Made by a program: the position numbers and the translations under genes. From a virus (lineage: Duplodnaviria > Caudoviricetes), in IMG/VR virus record IMGVR_UViG_3300025168_018227, positions 1 through 33,307 of that record: a DNA stretch of 33,307 nucleotides; one strand, given 5' to 3'. The notes beneath the pieces are model-generated. The model ran no database searches. It saw only the letters and a list, made by a program, of their open reading frames with translations, and had not been told where the DNA came from. Shown here piece by piece: positions 8,356 through 14,571 of this stretch (position 1 is its first letter; every line of letters starts with the position of its first letter).

Positions 8356-8385
8356 ATGATAGACGCATAAACGGTTGCTAGTAAA
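8356..8385 (-). promoter_or_regulatory. Candidate sigma70 early (lytic) promoter TTTACT-N18-TATCAT
   Basis: Consensus-like hexamers in the AT-rich divergent intergenic region. Confidence 0.4.
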
Positions 8386-8421
8386 CAAATATGCGATTGT
8401 ATTTATCTATCGGGAACCAAA

Positions 8422-9090
8422 ATGAATAGCGAAAAATATAATGGATTAGAAATACTAACCAGAATGAAAGATGTTCTGAGGATGGAGCGCGATAAGGACA
8501 TTGCTGCTTATTTCGGCGTTAATCCGCAGATGATTTATAACTGGAAGGCGAGGGGCACCATTCCACTAGACCAATGCGTGCAGTTGAGGTCTGAGAAAGG
8601 AGTTAGCTTGGACTGGCTCCTGCTGGGGCTTGGAGATGGCGAGGTTGATGCAGATTACGCTTCTCAAGCTGGCGATCGGGACTATACCGAGATTCCTTTG
8701 TATGACGTGGAAGCCAGCGCGGGAAACGGCGCCTTCTTCGACCAGGAGCAGATATCGACCTATCTAAAATTCCGGAACGACTGGCTAACCCGTGAAGGGC
8801 TTCATGCCAAAGACCTGGTGGCTGTTCGGGTATCGGGTGACTCGATGGACGGCACGCTCTCCAACGGCGACACCGTTGTGATTGATTGTTCCCGAAAGAA
8901 ACCAGATGGCGTGTTTGCGGTTCGGATGGGTGATGCTCTGAGGATCAAGCGCCTTCAAAAGATGACCGACGGCAGCCTTCGTGTTTTCAGTGATAACGCA
9001 ATGTATCAACCTGAGACAATCCATCCTGAGAACATGAGCCAGATAGAAATTATCGGGCAGTGCTATTGGCGGGCTGGCCGGGTTTTTTAA
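8422..9090 (+). CDS. cI: CI-like repressor: N-terminal HTH + S24 (LexA-type) autopeptidase
   Basis: HTH DIAAYFGVNPQMIYNWKARGTIP..VSLDWLLLG; cleavage site ASAG; catalytic Ser GDSM and Lys IKRL. Confidence 0.92.
   Translation: MNSEKYNGLEILTRMKDVLRMERDKDIAAYFGVNPQMIYNWKARGTIPLDQCVQLRSEKGVSLDWLLLGLGDGEVDADYASQAGDRDYTEIPLYDVEASAGNGAFFDQEQISTYLKFRNDWLTREGLHAKDLVAVRVSGDSMDGTLSNGDTVVIDCSRKKPDGVFAVRMGDALRIKRLQKMTDGSLRVFSDNAMYQPETIHPENMSQIEIIGQCYWRAGRVF
9053..9090 (+). repeat. Direct repeat copy 1 (3' end of cI), 38 bp
   Basis: tcgggcagtgctattggcgggctggccgggttttttaa; 37/38 identical to 10335-10372. Confidence 0.95.
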
Positions 9091-9124
9091 ACTTTTGCCG
9101 ATTATTAATTAGGAGAAGTCGATC

Positions 9125-10228
9125 GTGCGTGGTCAGTGGACAGGGACGTACAAAGGACAAAATGTCGAAGGGGAAATGATTGCCAACATCGATGAGGTTG
9201 GCGATCATTTCGAGTGTGAGATTTACATAACCCCATACGAGAAAGGCGTTCCAACATCAGTTGGGTATGCTTCAACTACCGATAAGGGTGAGCAGCACCG
9301 CATCACGGCGGATGTTTATCCTATTGACCCTAGAAACGCGCGGCAGACTACATGGGAAAATATCAAGAACCTTTATCCCGAAGGGACTTCTCACAATGAT
9401 CGGGTAGAGGTAACTATTAGGGAGGAAGCCGGTAACATCTACATTCAATCGGTGCAGGATTCCTCCCTATTTTCCGGTGTCGCGTCCAAGTTTCACGCAC
9501 CGGAGCGATCGAAGATCCAGTCGTATGTTAAAAACTGGTCTGATTTCAAGGTTTACTTGGCGGAATTTGCTGATTCAGCCTTTCTCTTTCGCGGCCAGGC
9601 GAAAGATTGGCCTCTCAGAACTGCATTTCACCGAAGAGAGCGCTATCGACTGAACGAGTTTGTAAACCAAGATATTTTCACCCTCCATAGACGGTTAAGC
9701 GGTTTGACGGATCACTATTTCGATTTGTCTGTGCCAGATCAAAACGGCGCGTTCCTGAATCTCTTGCAGCACCATGGCTACCCTACGCCGCTTCTTGACT
9801 GGTCATACTCTCCCTACGTAGCGGCGTTCTTCGCGTTTCGCGACGTCAAAAAGAACTCGAAGGAAGATGGTTATGTGAGAATCTTTCTCTTTGACGCCGG
9901 TGCCTGGAGGAAGGATTTTAGGCAGCTCACCCACCTCGCATTACCCAGCCCACATCTTTCAGTTATGGAGTTTCTCTCGATGAATAATCCTCGGCAGTTC
10001 CCCCAGCAGGCTGTTACAACTGTAACGAATGTTGCGGATATCGAGAGCCACGTTCTGTTCCGGGAGCAGATGGGAAATACGAAATACATATATGCGGTGG
10101 ACATACCCTACAGCGAGCGAGAAGCAGCTATGAAGGATCTCAAGTTTATGGGTATAACCGCCGGCTCAATTTTCCCTGGAATCGACGGCGTTTGTGAGGC
10201 ATTGAGAGAACTCAATTTTGATGCCTAG
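9125..10228 (+). CDS. FRG-domain protein with an additional N-terminal domain
   Basis: FLFRGQ; LLQHHGYPTPLLDWSYSPYVAAFFAF; NPRQFPQQ; MGITAGSIFPGIDG; AGGAG RBS before GTG. Confidence 0.9.
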   Translation: MRGQWTGTYKGQNVEGEMIANIDEVGDHFECEIYITPYEKGVPTSVGYASTTDKGEQHRITADVYPIDPRNARQTTWENIKNLYPEGTSHNDRVEVTIREEAGNIYIQSVQDSSLFSGVASKFHAPERSKIQSYVKNWSDFKVYLAEFADSAFLFRGQAKDWPLRTAFHRRERYRLNEFVNQDIFTLHRRLSGLTDHYFDLSVPDQNGAFLNLLQHHGYPTPLLDWSYSPYVAAFFAFRDVKKNSKEDGYVRIFLFDAGAWRKDFRQLTHLALPSPHLSVMEFLSMNNPRQFPQQAVTTVTNVADIESHVLFREQMGNTKYIYAVDIPYSEREAAMKDLKFMGITAGSIFPGIDGVCEALRELNFDA

Positions 10229-10334
10229 GAGTTTGCTTAGAACTTCTTGGTCAACAGCCAGGATAAGAAGGTGGTCTTGAGCGTCGTAAATATCTTGAAG
10301 GCAATAATTAGAATCAATAACCACGTGGATATTT

Positions 10335-10372
10335 TCGGGCAGTGCTACTGGCGGGCTGGCCGGGTTTTTTAA
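10335..10372 (+). repeat. Direct repeat copy 2: orphan remnant of a cI 3' end
   Basis: tcgggcagtgctactggcgggctggccgggttttttaa; from 10319 it reads NHVDIFGQCYWRAGRVF* versus cI SQIEIIGQCYWRAGRVF*. Confidence 0.95.
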
Positions 10373-10399
10373 GGAAGTTGTAGATTAGGGAGGTAGGCA

Positions 10400-11341
10400 A
10401 TGGATCTGATAGTTGTGCTTCTTATGCTGGTTTTTATAGCCATGAGCTGGCGCTTGATATGCCGGTTCTGGGTTGGTCGAGGCGGTAAAAGGTGGGTTGG
10501 GCATGCGCTTGGCTTCATCTTTGGGCCTCTCATTGGCATATTTGCGTCCTTGCCAATGGTGCCGGGTAGTGAAAGCCCAGCCACAATCGGTAACTTGGTT
10601 GCCGGCCTGATCATCCTCGCTGGTTTCGTGTTCCTCGAGTACAGAGCAAATAAATCTGCATTGGTGCCTGCAACGGTTAAGCGTTCGAAGCGGACCGTGA
10701 ATAAGGAGCCCAGCCAAAGTAGTGAGGATCCTGCAGCTTCCTCCGCAGCTGAAACCACCTCAGCGCTCTCCTTCTCCCTTAAAGATACAGCTGAGCTAAT
10801 TCTTGCGGATGACATGGTTGATCAGCGTGAGGCTGAGCTGCTGCTAAACCTGCTTGATAAACAGGACATTATAAGGTTTGACCCAACCTGCAGAGCTCTG
10901 CACCAGGTATTGATTGCCAGCTTGGAAGATGGCGTGCTGGACAATGACGAGGCGGAGGAGATTAAAGCTCTGCTGAGTGAGATCTGCGATCGCCCGATTG
11001 CTCGACCAGAGAAACCTTCGGTCAAGAAATCCAAACCCACCAAACAATCAGCTGCCACCAAGAAAAAAACTGCGCCACCAAAAAAACGTGCTCCAAGGGT
11101 AGCGAGGGAAAAGAGCAGGACTCCACAGCCAGATGACATCTTGGCCTTTACATATACCGACTCCAAAGGCGACAGCTCCGATCGTGAAATTTTATACCGC
11201 AGCGCCTCGCAGAAAGGCGGCGTGACCTACGTGAAAGGCATTTGCCAAACACGGAAGGCTTTTCGCACGTTTCGTGCTGATCGAATTGAAATGCTTTGCT
11301 TTGTTGATACGGGTGAATTGGTAGATAGCTTCGGGCGTTGA
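10400..11341 (+). CDS. Membrane protein: about 3 N-terminal TM segments + TerB-like helical domain + C-terminal WYL-like domain
   Basis: Hydrophobic stretches in aa 1-80; ILADDMVDQREAELL and LEDGVLDNDEAEEI (TerB-like D-G/D-x-x-x-x-x-E repeats); FTYTDSKGDSSDREI...YVKGICQTRKAFRTFRADRI (WYL-like); GGGAGG RBS. Confidence 0.7.
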   Translation: MDLIVVLLMLVFIAMSWRLICRFWVGRGGKRWVGHALGFIFGPLIGIFASLPMVPGSESPATIGNLVAGLIILAGFVFLEYRANKSALVPATVKRSKRTVNKEPSQSSEDPAASSAAETTSALSFSLKDTAELILADDMVDQREAELLLNLLDKQDIIRFDPTCRALHQVLIASLEDGVLDNDEAEEIKALLSEICDRPIARPEKPSVKKSKPTKQSAATKKKTAPPKKRAPRVAREKSRTPQPDDILAFTYTDSKGDSSDREILYRSASQKGGVTYVKGICQTRKAFRTFRADRIEMLCFVDTGELVDSFGR

Positions 11342-11409
11342 GTCTGGAATCCCCGGTTTTCGTCGGATCGCAGGCAGGGCTGGAGTGTTTTGTATGCATT
11401 GGAGCAATA

Positions 11410-12225
11410 ATGAAAAATAATATAGAAGTCCTTCACCAGAGCAGGCTGGCCAACGTTTTCAATGTGGTAGGCGAGGGGAAAACTGCGGTTACCCTGCTGA
11501 CTAGCGTTATTTGGAATGATGGTAAACCTCGCAGAACCTATCTCAAGATGTTCTCAAAGTCGCTGGTTCTTGGGGTGCTGAATGAGATCACTGGTTATCT
11601 ACTGGGAAAATCCTGTGACCTTCCTTTGCCTTCCCACGCAGGAATTATCCAACTACCTGGTGGTTTGCTTAAAAATCAAGATGAATTCCTGCCAGTCGCA
11701 TTTGTGATAAGTGAGGCCCCAGGCCGCACACCCACGACGATCTGCCAGATAACCGATCCGGTCACTCACAAGCAGCTTGACTCCGTGATGAATATGATTC
11801 GTGATTGGCCGAAATTGAATGACACGGTGGCGTTCGATGACTGGACTGCAAACACAGACAGGAATCTTCAGAACATCGTGGTAGATGGCCCCGGGAGAAT
11901 ATTCCTTATCGACCATTCCAATTTGCCGATAAGCCCAACCTGGTCAGCCGCAGATTTGGATGCCGGCGCTGAATACCGAAATGTTCTAGCCGTGATACTG
12001 AAGATTGGCCAGAATGGTACGTTGCCGCAAAAGCGCGCCATTGCCGTAGCTGCAAGCCAGCATACCGATGCCTATAATGGCGTTTTTGATGAGCTAAAGT
12101 ATTGGTGGGATAAATTTCTTTCGGGTGACCCATCCAGGCGCAAGGCTCTTGAAGATTTCCTTCGTATTAGAGCGGATGAAGGGCACAATCGAATCAGTTC
12201 AAATTTTTACCTCATGGCGGTGTAA
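11410..12225 (+). CDS. HipA-like (PI3/4-kinase-like fold) Ser/Thr kinase; start ATG 11410
   Basis: YLK; LNEITGYLLG...LPLP; FDDWTANTDRNLQN catalytic loop; FLIDHS; GGAG RBS before 11410. Confidence 0.82.
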   Translation: MKNNIEVLHQSRLANVFNVVGEGKTAVTLLTSVIWNDGKPRRTYLKMFSKSLVLGVLNEITGYLLGKSCDLPLPSHAGIIQLPGGLLKNQDEFLPVAFVISEAPGRTPTTICQITDPVTHKQLDSVMNMIRDWPKLNDTVAFDDWTANTDRNLQNIVVDGPGRIFLIDHSNLPISPTWSAADLDAGAEYRNVLAVILKIGQNGTLPQKRAIAVAASQHTDAYNGVFDELKYWWDKFLSGDPSRRKALEDFLRIRADEGHNRISSNFYLMAV

Positions 12226-12227
12226 CG

Positions 12228-13097
12228 ATGAACGGCCTCGAAGAACTCTTTGAAAAAGCTGCCGCAAAATCTGGTATCCAGGGAAAATGGTTTGCAGCTC
12301 GCTGGCAGCCCGACATTGCAACCGGAGAAGTCTTAAACATTGGTGTTGGTTTTGTTTCTAATGATGGCGAGCTGACACTTCGACTTCTCAATGAATTCGG
12401 ACGTCTTGAGTGCCTGTTCGACAGCAATAATGCTGCGTTTCATGCTGAGCTTGCTTGTCAGATCGTGGAAGAATGCATGCGAGCAGACCCACAACGAAGG
12501 GGAAATCTTCTCGCCGGGGTGACCATAGAGGAACAGGGATTCGCCCAGGGTTCGGACAACGAAGGCATAATCGGGCGCCTGTACTCAGAAGTTGTGACCC
12601 TCGGTAGGGCTCGACCAACCAAGGGGAAAAAGAAGCCGTTCGTTCCGGTGTCCCGGGACTACGCTTACGAAAACCTAAGAAAGCAGTTAAAAAAACGACT
12701 CAATCTGGATTACGAAAAGCATGTTCCGAAAGACCCCTTCAAAGAAGTAAACGATGAATTTGGCCTCGATCGGCTTTACCTTCCTTTTCAGAGGGAGCAT
12801 GGTGTCGCAACACTGGCATCAGCTGCGTATGCAGACCCTTGGCGTGTTAAAAGCCACCTTTGGGAAGGGTTTAGATCGGTAGAAACTGCCTTGAAAAATG
12901 GCTTGAGCGACGAGGGCGCTCTTTTTGTGGTCATGCCTGGAGAAGGTCTCTCAACGGATGTTTTCAAAACTCTGGAGCACCAATTTGAAGAGTTTTATGC
13001 CTTCGTGAAGCGGCATGATATTCAGATTGAATCCCATGAGCACCTTATCGAACTCGGAGAGTCAATTTCTAATTGGTGTCAGGCAGAAGCGGCCTAA
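12228..13097 (+). CDS. DUF3037-like protein (partner of HipA-like kinase)
   Basis: N-terminal RWQPDIATGEVLNIGVGF resembles the DUF3037 signature; starts 2 nt after the kinase stop. Confidence 0.68.
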   Translation: MNGLEELFEKAAAKSGIQGKWFAARWQPDIATGEVLNIGVGFVSNDGELTLRLLNEFGRLECLFDSNNAAFHAELACQIVEECMRADPQRRGNLLAGVTIEEQGFAQGSDNEGIIGRLYSEVVTLGRARPTKGKKKPFVPVSRDYAYENLRKQLKKRLNLDYEKHVPKDPFKEVNDEFGLDRLYLPFQREHGVATLASAAYADPWRVKSHLWEGFRSVETALKNGLSDEGALFVVMPGEGLSTDVFKTLEHQFEEFYAFVKRHDIQIESHEHLIELGESISNWCQAEAA

Positions 13098-14080
13098 TTC
13101 TGTTGCGTTTCCGCATCGATACTGGTCACCAGACCACTATCACTCAAACTGTGACTCGCGCGCGTAACTACCCAATCCCGGCTGTTGATTTGAGGCTTTA
13201 GCCCGAAAACCTTCAGCCGGTATTCCGGCCCCACTTCTGGCCGCCCCTTGGCCAAAGTGATACCGAACTCAGCTTCCCCTCGCTGGGAACGCTTCAGGTT
13301 TGCCCAGGCCGCCGCTTCCGCCTCTGCAACATTCGGGAATGTTCCCCTCAGTCGCTTTACGCGCTCATTGGTACCGGCGAGCACCTGCATCTGCTGCCCC
13401 AGATCCAGATCATCGTAAAACGCAATCACGCCGGTGTAGCCTTCACGATCGGTTTCCTTGTAGCTGTACTGGTCGCCATCTGCCGGTGAGATGGTGATGG
13501 TGGGGAGTGCGGTACCGCTGATTGTTTCAGCCTCGCCACGGGGTGTGAACAGCAGACGGCTGGATTTCACGGCGGCGATTGCGTCATGCTTTTGGCCCAG
13601 GCGGGTAAGAAAGTTGAGGTCGGATTCGTCGGTCTGGTCCATGTGCTCGATGGTGGTAGCGGCCAGGCGATCTTTTACCACCGCTTCCAGCTCGTTGTTT
13701 GCCGCGATGGTTTTGACAATGTCGCCAATGGTGGTCTGGTGCCAGCTGCGAGTTTGCCGGGTGGGCAGTTGCTTGCCCATATCGGCACTTCGGGCGGTGA
13801 TGCTGATCTGGTCCGGTGGCCCGGTAAAGCTGGCCTCGTCGACGATGAACAGCCCTTTTTCTACCAGTGGCTGCCCGCGCCAGCCAATAGCCAGCTGAAT
13901 CTCTGCGCCCTTGGGTGGGATTTCCACGGCGCTATCGTGATCGCTGATAGTGATGCTAAGGGTGTCTGCCTCGTCGCCCGGGGTTTCATCCAGGGTGAGA
14001 TCGATCAGCCGCCCGTTTATGGTGGGTGTGATGTTGGTTCCGTTAACGACCAGACGGTACGCGGGTGCCAGGTGTTGCAT
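13094..14080 (-). CDS. D: P2 gpD-like late control / baseplate hub protein
   Basis: RLIDLTL.E..G.EADTLSI...D.D; HMDQTDESDLNFLTRLG; position after U. Confidence 0.92.
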   Translation of the reverse strand: MQHLAPAYRLVVNGTNITPTINGRLIDLTLDETPGDEADTLSITISDHDSAVEIPPKGAEIQLAIGWRGQPLVEKGLFIVDEASFTGPPDQISITARSADMGKQLPTRQTRSWHQTTIGDIVKTIAANNELEAVVKDRLAATTIEHMDQTDESDLNFLTRLGQKHDAIAAVKSSRLLFTPRGEAETISGTALPTITISPADGDQYSYKETDREGYTGVIAFYDDLDLGQQMQVLAGTNERVKRLRGTFPNVAEAEAAAWANLKRSQRGEAEFGITLAKGRPEVGPEYRLKVFGLKPQINSRDWVVTRASHSLSDSGLVTSIDAETQQN

Positions 14081-14565
14081 CAGGCAATCATGCCTCCGCC
14101 GTTATTGCTTCGCCGTGGTGAATACAGGCCCAAGCCTACGGCGGCATCCCGGCTGGTTGCCGCGCGATCGCGCAATGATTGGAAGTCCGAATCGTCCACG
14201 CGCACCAGCTGGATGGTGAAGTCGATCTTGCGGGGTACGCCATCACTGAAGAATACGCTGTTGGTTTCCTGCACGTCGGTGACGCTCCAGAATCCGTACA
14301 CCCGTCCTGATCCTTCGATGAGTGGCCAGGCTTTGCCCTCATCAGCCATTACGCGCACGTCGTCCAGAGTCATGGGGCCGCCGGTGATCTCCGGCACCAA
14401 GGTTCCGGATAGTGTAATCCGATCTTCGCCCGGGCCCAGGTATTGATAGGCAGGGCGTTGGCCAACACGGTTCTGGCTGCTGTGGCGCCATTGGGTGGAT
14501 CGCTGCAGCTGTTGGTAGGGCAGTGACTTCACTTCAAACACGAACATGCCCAGCGTCATCATCAT
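14080..14565 (-). CDS. U: P2 gpU-like tail protein
   Basis: MMMTLGMFVF...LPYQQLQR...WRH...RVGQRPAYQYLGPGEDRITLSG. Confidence 0.93.
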   Translation of the reverse strand: MMMTLGMFVFEVKSLPYQQLQRSTQWRHSSQNRVGQRPAYQYLGPGEDRITLSGTLVPEITGGPMTLDDVRVMADEGKAWPLIEGSGRVYGFWSVTDVQETNSVFFSDGVPRKIDFTIQLVRVDDSDFQSLRDRAATSRDAAVGLGLYSPRRSNNGGGMIA

Positions 14566-14571
14566 TGTGGT

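Noticed and set aside
9066-9090. GC-rich stretch plus T6 at the cI end as an intrinsic terminator
   Set aside because: Only about 3 bp of stem can be formed; the T-run is explained by Val-Phe-stop codons
9053-10372. 38-bp repeats as a CRISPR array, IS ends or prophage attL/attR
   Set aside because: Only two clear copies 1282 bp apart, in direct orientation, coding-derived, with no cas or transposase, and internal to the phage genome
11060-11090. A7 tracts as phase-variation sites
   Set aside because: Short runs explained by Lys codons in a low-complexity linker; the frame is intact
11338-11409. N-terminal extension of the kinase ORF from a TTG start at 11338
   Set aside because: A GGAG RBS precedes ATG 11410; the extension has no kinase-like character
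10369-11436. Minus-strand ORFs over the TM/WYL-like gene
   Set aside because: The plus-strand ORF has a strong RBS and coherent domains; these are shadows
13586-14446. 286-aa plus-strand ORF
   Set aside because: Antisense to clearly conserved D and U genes; typical high-GC shadow frame
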